NCBI RefSeq assembly: GCF_009914755.1
Contig: NC_060934.1
Origin: the human T2T-CHM13v2.0 reference genome, Homo sapiens
Length of the DNA: 64,000 nucleotides
Reading direction: 5' to 3' (one strand)
This document shows, one piece after another, positions 23,322 through 48,930 of this stretch. Within the stretch, counting starts at the first letter, position 1. Every line of letters begins with the position of its first letter. The notes below the pieces were generated by a model. That model was given only the letters and a program-made list of their open reading frames with translations, ran no database searches and was not told the origin of the DNA. Position numbers and translations under genes: made by a program.

Positions 23322-26167
23322 CTGTAAAAATAAGTCAAAGGATAAAAACATGAGTGGTATCAACATAAAAGTTAATAAATAACATATATGTGGTTAATCA
23401 ATAGTATATGATCAATCTTGGAAGAACTGCAAATAATTTTAAGTTGTGAAGAAATTAACATTTACATATCAGACATTTCCTCTCCTATCTTTTCAGTGTA
23501 TAGCTCTCATGCCTTCTACTGACCTTTCCTCAGGCAACCAAGTCCCTTAAAATTGTAAACTCACAAGAAATTTCAGCAGGGTTAAGCAACTGAATCCATT
23601 CAGAATGACATGTAAATGACTCAGCCAAACCTTCTTAGGGGTATTATGGGCTTTTCAAATAAAGATGCTTAAATTAAAAATCATTTAGTAAAACCTAAAC
23701 CAACTGAACAGTTAATAAAAACCTTCTACCAGTGTTTTTATTTATCTGGGATAGGGCTGCCCATAAGGTATGCTAGTTCTATCCAGAAACCTGTCCATAG
23801 GATCAGGTTTCTCTAGCTATTTCTGTTCTTTCTTCTAATCCTAAATGCCATATAATCTCAAGGGAATTTTTAGCAGTAGTTCTGGTGTGTTAGTTAAATG
23901 GCTAATAGTGGCTATTTATGCATATCAGCCAGTAATAAATCCTCAGCCTGCCTATTCATCTGGTATGTGGAGAATTCATTTTTGTTGCCTTCAATTTTTA
24001 CTATCAGAACATTTTTACAACCTTTCCAAATGAGATACAAATATGATTCCAACTGGTATTATTAATTCCCTCAACATTTACTTGTAGAAAAACACTGACA
24101 AAATGTATACCCTATGCCAAACAATAAAATTACTTCTACAAAATACATCTACATTTAAGAAAAGCTATTTACAAATCTCAATTAGCATCATCAAATACAG
24201 GTGAGAGGGATGCTTTACATGGACAGATTCACTGCATAATTTTTAATTCTACCCAATAGGTTTTCCTGCCCTCAAGACAGGATCTCACTGTCACCCACAC
24301 TGGAATACAGTGGTGTGATCACAGCTCACTGCAGCTTCAGAGACCTCCAGGCCTCAAGTGATCCTCCCACCTCAGCCTCCTGAGCAGCACTCCCAAACAG
24401 CTGGAACTACAGGTGTGCACCACCACACCTGCCTAACTCCCCTTTTTATTTAACAGACAGGGTCACACTACGGTGCCTAGGCTGGTCTTGAACTCCTGGG
24501 CTCAAGCAAACGTCCTGCCTCTGCCTCCCAAAGTGCTACAATCACAGGCATGAGCCACCACGTCCAGCCTCCAAAGGGTTTTAATGTAATTTAACAGGTT
24601 AAGATTTGGTAATATCTTTTAAAACTAAAAATGTACATGTGAAAGAAAGGACTTACTCTTGAAGCCAGCAGTTTCATTTACAAGTATTTAGAAATAACTT
24701 TCCACGAACACAAAATTACATAAGTAACAAGAAACTCAATACAACACTGTTTCCTGGTTTTTGCTTTCATAAACAATATACCAATTAATAAAGAATTAAA
24801 TTACCATATAGCAACACACCTGAATACTATGCAGTTGTTAAAAAGAATGAGGCAGCTCTACATTATGTACAGATATGGATGCTCTTAGAGATGGAATGAC
24901 TAAGGGATAAGGAACAAGAAAAGACTTTCATACTTCTTGAATTTTATACTGCATGTAAGTTGTCTATTCAAAAGCCAAAACATAAAAAATGCCAAAATTG
25001 TATATTTTTGGAGTCCTTATCTGTTAAAAAAATATATTTATGAATCAAATACAACATCTTGAATTTACTTTAGTGAGGATAAAAATGAAACAAGACTGGC
25101 AATGAATTGTTTGTTGAAGATTAAACAGTTGAACTGTTTAATGGAGATGGAGATACAAATAGACATTATTTTTGTAGACATAAACACACAAATGTATACA
25201 TCTGTGTAACTGTATACTAGTCTATACACACAAATATATACAGACTTCCTTTACCCTCTTATAAGAAAATGAAGATACTTCCTTTGATTTCTTACCAAAC
25301 CCATCATTACACAGATGAGAAAAAAAGGCCCAGAGGGGCTAATGACTGCAGAGGTTCTCAATTAAATCAATAGTCAAAAGAGACTTCATAAAAAAGACCC
25401 ATACCAAACTATATTACACTACGTCTAGTGGTGGCTGCTAAACACTAAAATGCTAGGCCAGGCGTGGTGGCTCATGCCTGTAATCCCAGCAGTTTGGGAG
25501 GCCAAGGCGGGCGGATCATGAGGTCAGGAGTTCGAGGCCAGCCTGGCCAACATGGTGAAACCCTGTCTCTACTAAAAACACAAAAATTAGCCAGGCGTGG
25601 TGGCGGGCGCCTGTAGTCCCAGCTACTCAGGAGGCTGAGGCAGGAGAACTGCTTGAACCCGGGAGGCAGAGGTTGCAGTGAGCCAAGATCATGTCACTGT
25701 ACTCCAACCTGGGCAAAAGAGCGAGACTCTGTTTAAAAGAACAACAACAACAAAACTAATTCACTGGCTGGGCGCGGGGGCTCACACCTGTAATCCCAGC
25801 ACTTTGGGAGGCTGAGGTGGAAATAGCAAATGTTTATCTCACGGTGTGCTGAGGACTAAACTTAAACAATGCCTTTAACCTGTAAGAAATCTGTGCAAAT
25901 GATACAAAGTGGCTTGGAGACCATAACCCATGAAATACAGTTGAGGCAACTAGAAAGGTTTAATTGGTGCAGGGATGGAAGAAAACTGCCATTACATGAA
26001 ACCTGCCTTTAAATATCTGAATGGCTGTCATGATAAGAAAACAAACTTCACCGGGTGTGGTGGCTCATGCCTGTAATCCCAGCACTTTGGGAGGCCGAAG
26101 CGGGTGGGTCATCAGGTCAGGAGATTGAGACCATCCTGGCTAACACAGTGAAACTCCGTCTCTACTA

Positions 26168-26362
<195 letters not shown>

Positions 26363-26585
26363 TTATCATTAGTTGCTAGGGAAACACAAAAGGTAAATTC
26401 CTTAATATACCAAGAATCCTTACACATCAGTAAGTCCAATGTCCCAGTAGAAAATGGGGCTAGGGGCCAGGCACAATGGCTCAGGCCTATAATGCCGGCT
26501 CTTTGGGAGGCCGAGTCAGGCAGATCACTTGAGGCCAGAAGTTCGAGACCAGTGTGGCCAACATGGTGAAACCCTGTCTCCACTA

Positions 26586-26795
<210 letters not shown>

Positions 26796-27288
26796 TCATT
26801 AAAATATAGATCTATAATGAATTAAATAACTTATAAAGGATACTCAATTTCACTCACAATTAAAACTCAAAGTAAAACAAAGCTGAACTATATTTATATA
26901 AGCCCTCGGTATGTGCCTGGTAGTATTCTAAATACTTTCTATTAATTTATTTTATCTCAAAGCAACCATCAGGCCAGGTGCGGTGGCTCACGCCTGTAAT
27001 CCCAGCACTTTGGGAGGCCGAGGCAGGTGGATCAGGAGATCAGGAGATCAGGAGATCGAGACCATCCTGGCTAACATGGTGAAACCCTGTCTCTACTAAA
27101 AATTAGCCGGACGTGGTGGCAGGCGCCTGTAGTCCCAGCTACTTAGGAGGCTGAGGCAGAATGGCGTGAACCTGGGAGGCGGAGCTTGCAGTGAGCTGAG
27201 ATTGCGCCACTGCACTCCAGCCTAGACAACAGAGCAAGACTCTGTCTCGAAAAAAAAAAAAAAGCCACCATCAGGTAAGTACTACTGC

Positions 27289-27578
27289 CAAGTTCATAAT
27301 CCCTTACCCACAATTCCAACATCCAAAAAGCTCTAAAAAGTAAAAAGTTTTCTCATAACACACTTGGAAGCAAAACCCCAACCAAAGGGAGGCTATTTAT
27401 AGTATTTACCCTACTTAGGGAAGGTATTTTCTTTTCTGAAAAAACACTATCTTTGATTAGAGAACACCACCTCAGATCCTGATAGGGGCGTTAATGTAAA
27501 CTTTCCAAAATCCAAAATAATTCTAAATTCTAAGACACATCTGGCCCCAACGGTTTCAGAAAAGGAAATGTGAATCTC
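27289..27578. mobile_element. MITE-like DNA transposon (MER96B-like)
   Basis: Degenerate terminal inverted repeats (ATAATCCCTTACCC / GAAAAGGAAATGTG) and internal ATCCAAAAAGCTCT..ACACATCTGGCCCCAA.GGTTTC. Confidence 0.45.
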
Positions 27579-28817
27579 TAACTCATTCCACAGATAAAGG
27601 ACAGTGGGCTTAAATTACTAGTTGTTGATTACATCTCTATTAAGTGGTATTTACTCTCTGAAAAATAAGGCAACTTATTAAAAAAAATTGGAAGCAACTT
27701 TAAAGTCTGACATTAATAAGGAATTGCTTAAGTAATTTATAGCACATACAGAATTTGACAACATGCAACAGTATTTTTTCAAAGGGTAGGGAGAGGGCCA
27801 AAAAGAAAACTGATACGGAATTATCCCCAAGATATTACATGAGAAAGAGTAAGGTACAAAACAGCAGCAAATTATCATTTTGTGGATTTTAATTTTGTGG
27901 ATTAAAATACACAGGCACACATGTACATACAGATATGTGGAACTGCCTGTATGTGCACAGAACATACCAGAAAGGTTCAAACAAATAACAATGAATGGTC
28001 ATTCCAGAGAAAACTGAGGTGGCTAAGGAAATGTACTAGGAGGGAAGCTTTTAACCAACACCATATTGAACCATGTGCAAATAAAAGGTATTTTTGTGTG
28101 TTTTTTGGGCTTTTTTTTTTTTTTTTTTTTTGCAACGGAGTCTCACTCTGTCTCCCAGGCTGGAGGGCAGTGGCGCAACCTCTGCTCACTGCAACCTCTG
28201 CCTCCCTGGTTCAAGCTGCCTCAGTCTCCTGAGTAGCTGGTATTACAGGCACCCTCTACCACGCCCAGCTAATTTTTGTATTTTTAGTAGAGATGGGGTT
28301 TCACCATGTGGGCCAGGCTGGTCTCGAACTCCTGACCTCAGGCAATCCACTCACCTCGGCCTCCCAAAGTGCTAGGATTACAGGCATGAGAAACTGAGCC
28401 CAGCCATAAACGGTTTTAAAAATAAAAGTAGGGCAGGGGCTGGGCGTGGTGGCTCATGCCCGTAATCCCTAAGGCATGAGAATTGCTTGAACCTGGGAGG
28501 CAGAGGTTGCAGTGAGCCAAGATCATGCCAGTGCACTCCAGCCTGGGCAACAGAGCGAGACTCCATCTAAAAAATAAACAAATAAATAAATAAAATAAAT
28601 AGATAAATGTATAAGCCCTTTCAATGCCACTTAAGAAACATCTCCTACCCTTATATTCAGACATGTGACATGATGGTCAAAGACATACATAAAAAGACAT
28701 TCAATATAACATTTATGTGTAATAGCAAAAGACTAGAAACAGCCAAAATATCCATAAGAGACCATTATTATAGTACATCCATGCAATGGAAAACTATGAA
28801 ACTGCTTTAAAAAAACC

Positions 28818-28945
28818 AAGGCAGATCTATAAATATAAGATTATAAAAAAATCTATAAATAAATCTATAATAATCATATCAGATTATAATGAAAAGATTA
28901 TAACTTTAATAATTATAATCTTCTTAATATTTATAGATCTGCCTT
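28818..28945. repeat. 19-bp perfect inverted repeat around an AT-rich spacer
   Basis: AAGGCAGATCTATAAATAT at 28818-28836 and its reverse complement at 28927-28945. Confidence 0.85.
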
Positions 28946-31385
28946 ATAATAATATCTTAAAGATTAAGTGTTCTTAAAGGCATAATACACTAAATATATA
29001 TATATGCATATATGCTCCCATTTGTGTTTTTAAGAATACAAATATAGACATACATGCTGTGCCCATTAAAGACTGTAACAAACTGTTAACAGCATTGGTT
29101 TCAGTGGAAGAGAACTCACTTTTCACTGTTAATAAGGTCATGTGGCTGATCACCAGAGGCACCTGAAAGGCCACAGGAAAAACACAGCACATCTTCCTAA
29201 GTGAGCAAATCTTTACTCAAAGATTTGAAAGGTAAAAATTATTTTTTAAAACAGTTAAGGCCAGGTACTGTGGCTCATGCCTGTAATCGCAGCACTCTGG
29301 GAGGCCGAGGCGGGCAGATCACTTGAGGTCAGTAGTTTGAGACCAGCCTGGCCAACATGGTGAAACCCCGTGTCTACTAAAAATACAAAAAATTGCCATG
29401 AGTGGTGCTGCATGCATGTAATCCCAGCTACTCGGGAGGCTGAGGCAGGAGAATCACTTCGTCCCAGGAGGCAGAGGTTGCGGTGAGCCAAGAGCCGCCA
29501 CCGCACTCCAGCCTGGTCAACAGAGTGAGACTCCGTCTTGGGGGGAAAAAAAACCGGTTAAGCGTTACAATTGGTAATCCAAAACATTTTATATTTTATA
29601 AGGCATACCTATAAAATACAAAATTGACATGCAATTTTAAAGATAAAACACTAACCTAAAAACAATTTCAAAAGTACTATTCAGCTTGGCCCACCACACA
29701 GAACAGTTCAGGTTATCGCAACCTTCCCTTAACTCCCACCAACACAGCCTGTGGAGAGCCTCACTGCCAACTGCCACAGCTTATCTGCACATCAAGGAGC
29801 TTGTTTGCTCCCTGGCCTCCTGCTGAAGCTGCCCATCTCTGTCCTACCCTTGCAGAATAGGAAACACACCACACACCCCAGCCACTCCTCAACCAACGAG
29901 CCTTGGGCCTCCCTTCCAGGTGGCAATTAATTATTCAAACTAGAGACACATACCCCCAGAGGTAAACAAAGGCTTTTCAAATATAGGTACAATTGCATTT
30001 TAAGGAAATTCACTTCTAAATCCCCAACCTCCAGGTGTAAACTGTTCCAAAAACTGATTTTCCAACCCATCTGGGATTAACCAATCACTCTTCTCCCATA
30101 TTACAAACACTAATAACAGCATATCGCTCACCTATCCCTAATCTCATATGGTACATTTTTCCAACTCTTGACATGACCTATAAAGAAATAATGTGATAGA
30201 TTGTTGGTTTCTGTACTTCGTAATTAAGTAAAACTTTCATGTGTGGGTAACAAATCCTTGCATGTCAGGTGGTTTCCTAAATTAATTGCATTTCACAGAA
30301 TTGAAAAGATCTAACAAACTGACTCATTATTACAATGAATTTCTATGATTACCACGTGCTTTGTGGCATGTAAGAATTCAAATAATAGAAACTGCTATAG
30401 CAAAACTCTTACCATTCTTACCTTTATTTTGTTAATTTATGGCTTCTCAACATTTACACACATTAAAAAATTGAAATAGGAGGTCGGGTGCAGGGGCTCA
30501 CACCTGTAATCCCAGCACTTTGGGAGGCAGAGGTGGGCAGATCACGAGGTCAGGAGATCGAGACCAGACTAGCTAACACGGTGACACCCCATCTCTACTA
30601 AAAAATACAAAAAATTAGCCGGGCGTAGTAGCACACACCTGTAGTCCAAGCTACTTGGGAGGCTGAGGCAGAAGAATCGCTTGAACCTGGGAGGCAGAGG
30701 TGGCAGTGAGCCCCGTCGACAGAGCGAGACTCAGTCTCAAAAAAAAAAAGAAAAAGGAATAACAGGGACATAGCAGTACGTGCTTATAGTCCCACCTAGA
30801 GCTACCCAGGGCACTGTGGCCAGCGGTTCATTTGAGGCTGCTGTTATGATCACACCTGTGTGAGTAGCCACGCACTCCAGCCTGAGCAACACAGCGAGGC
30901 TCCATCTTGACAACAAAAAACAACAAAAAATAGGAATAAAATTGATGCCAAAGAACTTTTTTGTCCAAAACCTTTATATACTTTAGCAATAACATTCATT
31001 CATATATATATAAACTAACTGAAAAAAGCCCACTCATCTCTTAAAAGATACATTTCCAATAAATTTTATCTTTAATATATACAGCATTCAAGTTTGATTA
31101 TAGCATTCAAGTTTGATCAAATATTCTGAGAGCATTTGATTAAAAAAATAAAAGCACTGATAACTGTGATCATGATGTAGTACAGAATTATTTTTAAAAC
31201 AGTTTAGAGCACTACAGTCACATAAAATTCCTAAAAGCTGTAGAGTTTTTTTTTCTGTAGAGACAGGATTTTTTTATGTTTTTTTTTATGTTGCCCAGGC
31301 TGGTCTCAAACTCCTAGACTCAGGCGATCCTCCCATCTCAGCCTCCCAAAGTACTGGGATTACAAGCTTCAGCCACAGTGCCCAA

Positions 31386-31388
<3 letters not shown>

Positions 31389-31431
<43 letters not shown>
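31389..31431. repeat. T43 homopolymer (Alu tail)
   Basis: 43 uninterrupted T. Confidence 0.9.
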
Positions 31432-31432
<1 letters not shown>

Positions 31433-31698
31433 GAGACAGAGTCTTGCTCTGTCAATAAGGCAGTGGTGCAGTCTCCACCTCCCACGTTCAAGTGATATTC
31501 TCCTGTCTCAACCTCCTGAGTAGCTGGGACTACAGGCGCGAGTCACCATTCCCAGCTAATTTTTTTATTTTTAGCAGAGACGGGGTTTCACCATGTTGAC
31601 CAGGCTGGTCTCAAACTCCTGACCTCAAGTGATCTGCCTACCTCAGCCTCCCAAAGTGCTAGGATTACAGGCATGAGCCACCGCGCCCGGTCACAGCC

Positions 31699-31793
31699 CT
31701 TAAAAATTTGAATTTAAATGCATATACATATTTTTGTACCAGCCTCGGCTCTTAAAAATTTGAATTTAAATGCATATACATATTTTTATACCA
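31699..31793 (+). repeat. 43-bp direct repeat, 52-bp period
   Basis: CTTAAAAATTTGAATTTAAATGCATATACATATTTTT(G/A)TACCA at 31699 and 31751. Confidence 0.9.
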
Positions 31794-33061
31794 AGAATTA
31801 TGAAAAGGATGACCACTAAAAGACTAAACATAAATACTATAATCATTAGGATAAAATTCTGAAGGGGAAGTAGGATAGAAATACAATTTCAAAAAGAACA
31901 AGGAACACTATATTCTGGCTATTGAAGAGCATGTTCTTGTATTTTTTTAAACATACGAAAGTGAACAGTTTCTGGGGCATAATGGGGACTTGTAAGAAAG
32001 AAAAATTATTAAAGAAAAAATTTTAAAAAGAGAATGAACAGCAAGTAATTATGGCATTTGCAAGCAAGAAAATAATTATGGGCCAGAAGCACTGGTTCAT
32101 GACAGTAATACCAACACTTTGGGAGGCCAAGGTGTGAGGACTACTTGAGCTCAGGAGTTCAAGACCTTGTCTCTACTAAAATCAAAAAAAATTAGCTGAC
32201 TGTGATGGTACACACCCGTGGTCCCAACTTCTCAGGAGGCTGAGGCAGGAAGATTACCTGTGCCCAGAAGATTGAGGCTGCAGTGAAACATGATTGCATT
32301 ACTGTACTCCAGTCTGGGCAACAGAGCGAGACCATCTCCAAAAACAAAAACAAACAAACAAACAAACAAAATACTTTGAGGGTGAGGAAGGAGGAAGTGA
32401 TGCATGAAAGAACTTCTAAACTGGCTGGCACAATTCTATTTCCTAACTTAGGTAATGGTTACAGGAGTGTTCCTCTTCTAATAATTAATTAAGCTAGACC
32501 CTTTTGTGTGGTTTTCTGTTTTATTTTACAATTTAAAAAAGTTAAAAGAAATCACTATGACATCTAAACTGCATGTTATATTTTAAAATGTCAATATTGG
32601 CCACGTGTGGTGGCTCACGCCTGTAATCCCAGCACTTGGGGTGGGAGGGGCGGCAGGCCAAAGCAGGGGGATCACTTGCATCCAGGAGTCAGAGACCAGC
32701 CTAGGCAACAAAGCAAGACTCTCTCTACAAAAAAAAATTTTGAAAATCAGCCAGGAGTGGTGGCACGTTCCTATAGTCCTAGCTACTCAGGAAGTGGGGG
32801 TAGGAGGATCACTTAAGCCCAGGAGTTTAAGGTTGCAGTGAGCAATGATCGCACCACTGCACTCCAGCCTGGGCAACAGAGAAAGACCTTGTTTCTAAAA
32901 AAAATTAAAAGGACACCTGGGGTTCATTCTTTCTACCACTTCTTTGCCCTACACTGGACTAAGGGTGCCTCTTTTCCTGCAGCCCTCCCTACTATTTCAG
33001 AGCAGGACAGTTTGGGGACACTGATATGCTGACTCTCCAGAGCCTCTTTATAAAATGATTA

Positions 33062-33501
<440 letters not shown>

Positions 33502-33559
33502 AGCCCCTTCTTTTAAGGCTTGTGCTAGTTACCCTCTAATCTTCCTAATACTTGTCATC

Positions 33560-46494
<12,935 letters not shown>

Positions 46495-46989
46495 TCAGCG
46501 ATTTTCCAACATTAAGGAATGAGAAGTGTATAGATGAAATAAATTTGTTTAATAGTCACTGCTAAATCCAAGCGATGGGTACAGAGAAGTTCATTATATA
46601 ATATCTCCTCCTGATTGCCTTTATCGTTTCCCACAATAAAATGTCTTTGCAATGGCATTATCTAAGCGTAAAGCACTACAGATTCCAAAATAAGTGTGCA
46701 GACGTCCTTGAAGTTAAATTTTAAGTGTTTCAAGTACACAATCTTGCTCAACCTTTAAACTCCAAAGACTGTCCTAACTAAAAAGGAAAGAATGATTGAC
46801 GACTAAGTCTTTTCGGTCGTTCGGCTTTTGCCCTAGCCCAAAATCAGGTCGAATTTTGAGAGAAGTGCGCTGTGATTTAAAAAAAAAAAAAAAAAAAAAA
46901 AGCAAAAAGCCTTTATACTTCACTCCCACCCTAATCTAGCGTCTTCCCGATCCCCAAAGGCTTTAAGGGCTTCCATTAAAGATGGAAAG

Positions 46990-48480
46990 CGGACGGGACG
47001 AACCTGACTAACCAGAAATCCTCACCTGGGGACAGCCGGGGCGCCACGGGCAGTGGGCGCGATGGACCCCTCGGACTAGACACTCAATGCAACTTTTCTC
47101 CTCCCAACCCGCGCCGCCCAGGAAAGGGAGGTCACTTTCGACGCCCCGGAAGCCTCTGCCACCGAATCCTTAAGGCAGTGCAAGGCCCCAGTGGCGGCCA
47201 GAGGCGGATGAAACCACGGGAAAGGACTCGGGGCTGAAATCAACACACTTGACTGGGTTTGGGGAGCTAAGTCAATCAGCAGTCGCCCGAAAAAGAACTC
47301 CGAAAAAGGAAAATAAAAGGGGAAAAAAAGAGTTCCTCAGGTCATTCCCCTGCCCAACTTCCTCAGCGGCCCGGTGGGCGAGGCAGTGAGACTTCCACCG
47401 CCCGCTCCCAGCCTCTGCCTCCCCCACCCTCCCGGCTCCCTCCCGGCCTAGGCGGCCGCCCGACACCTCACTTACCCTCGGAGCCTGGCGGGTGCTTTGG
47501 CCACGGGCCGCCTCCGCCTCTCCCGCTCCCTACGGCCCGCGGGCGGGCGCGGAACCCTCGCGCGGGAGAGCAGGGCCGGCAGGTGAGAGCCGAGAGAGGC
47601 GAGGGACTCTGCTTTCGGTAAATAGGAAGCCCGGTTGGGGGGGCAGGAGCGGCGGCCCCGCAACTTCCCTCCCCGCCTCGAGCGCCGCCGGCCGGGCCCG
47701 GGCCTAGCTCTCGCTGGCCGCCACTGCTGGAGCTGGTAACAGAGCCTGCTGTGTGCCCCCGCTGGGCCGCCGCCGCCTCCTGCGCCGCCGCTTCCGCCGG
47801 TGAATGGTCAGTGCTGGAGTTTGAACAGGGCCCTGAACCATCTCAACGCCATTTGCGCTCCCGGCCCCCACCTCCTTCCTCCAACAGCCGCTCGCTCCGT
47901 CACTCCGCTTCCCACAGTCCCCGCGCGGCCGCCCGACCCCGCAGCCAATCGCGCAGCCGCTTACTCAAACCGCCGCGCAGGCGCTGCGCCCCGCATGCTC
48001 CGGCGCCCGCCATTGGCCCGGCCGCGGAGCCCGACGGGAGTTGTAGTCCAGGTCCGCGAGGTCGCGGGCCGAGGACCAGGCGCGGGAGCGGGAGCGGGCG
48101 ACTGGCCGGGCCCTCCCGGTCTCGGCAGCCACCTCTAGCTCCCGGCCCAGCCGGGAGACGCAGGTGCCACGGAGATGGGCAGCCGGGCGGGTGGCGCAGT
48201 GCAGGCAGCTGTATCAATCGCTTCCCCTCCAGGGACCCGCCGGTGCCTGGGGACCGCGGGCTGTGCAGCTGTGCCGGGCCTGCGGAGGCCGCCGCCCGGG
48301 AGCTGGGAGGCAGGGGGCGCGTGGTCAAGAGCCGCCCTCGACCTGGCCTGGTCGGTCCTGGCCCGGCGTAGGTGACGATGGCGGGGACCGCGAGGCGCCG
48401 GACACCCGAGGCCACGAGCAGCGTCGCCCCTCGCTTTTTCGCGCCCCTCCAGCCCTGCAGTCCTTCCTCTAAGTCCGTCT
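46990..48480. promoter_or_regulatory. CpG island, bidirectional WAPL promoter
   Basis: Dense CpG and GC content. Motifs: YY1-like CGCCATTT 47847-47854, CCAAT 47945-47949, NRF1-like GCGCAGGCGC 47975-47984, ATTGG 48012-48016, ZNF143/THAP11-type ACTACAACTCCC (minus strand) 48036-48047. Confidence 0.9.
47476..47903 (-). other. WAPL: WAPL exon 1 (5' UTR; TSS approximate)
   Basis: Consensus donor CGAGG|gtaagtgag at 47476 inside the CpG island, 3.3 kb upstream of exon 2. TSS inferred just downstream of the CCAAT/NRF1/ZNF143 motif cluster; the 5' boundary is uncertain by tens of nt. Confidence 0.8.
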
Positions 48481-48930
48481 GCCCCTCACCGATTGAAAGT
48501 GGCCCCGAGAATATTGGATGGTATTGAGCAATTATCATTAACTTTGTTGGGTGTGGTAACGGTAATGTGGTTATGGTTTTTTTTTTTTTTTTTTTAAGAC
48601 CTACTGATGTGTTGACAGAGTGATCTGGTGTCAGGACTGTAAAATACGCCTATGAAAACTGGGGGAGAGGAATAAAACAAGCTGGCAGAACGTTTTTCAT
48701 CGTTGAAGCTGCGTGATGCGAGCATATGTGCTCATCATACAGTCTCTTTACTTGTGTATCTGAAATTTTCCATAATAAAAAGTTTAAAGAAGTGAACCAG
48801 CGATTGCCTCTAGGGAGGACAGTGAGGTGGCGGATGACGGGAGGAAGGAGTCTTAATTTTTCGCTGTACGCCTTTTTGTGCTATCTTAGGTTTTTCCCAT
48901 TCAATGTGTTACCTAATTCAGAAAATTGGT
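48050..48930 (+). ncRNA. Probable divergent (head-to-head) lncRNA, 5' region
   Basis: GC-rich sequence continues past the ZNF143 motif. Plus-strand AATAAA at ~48670 and 48774 and a strong donor TTG|gtaagt at 48928/48929. Boundaries inferred only. Confidence 0.4.

Noticed and set aside
22407-23366. Overlapping alternative-frame and antisense ORFs over exon 3 (also 43637-43822 and 44027-44209 over exon 2)
   Set aside because: Shadow ORFs of a real coding exon with no independent start, promoter or recognisable domain.
27030-27060. Triple GATCAGGA repeat within an AluY
   Set aside because: Local slippage inside an Alu with no evident significance.
47751-48538. 206-aa and 212-aa Pro/Arg/Gly-rich ORFs across the promoter
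   Set aside because: Expected stop-codon scarcity in a CpG island; low-complexity composition, and they span the promoter core.
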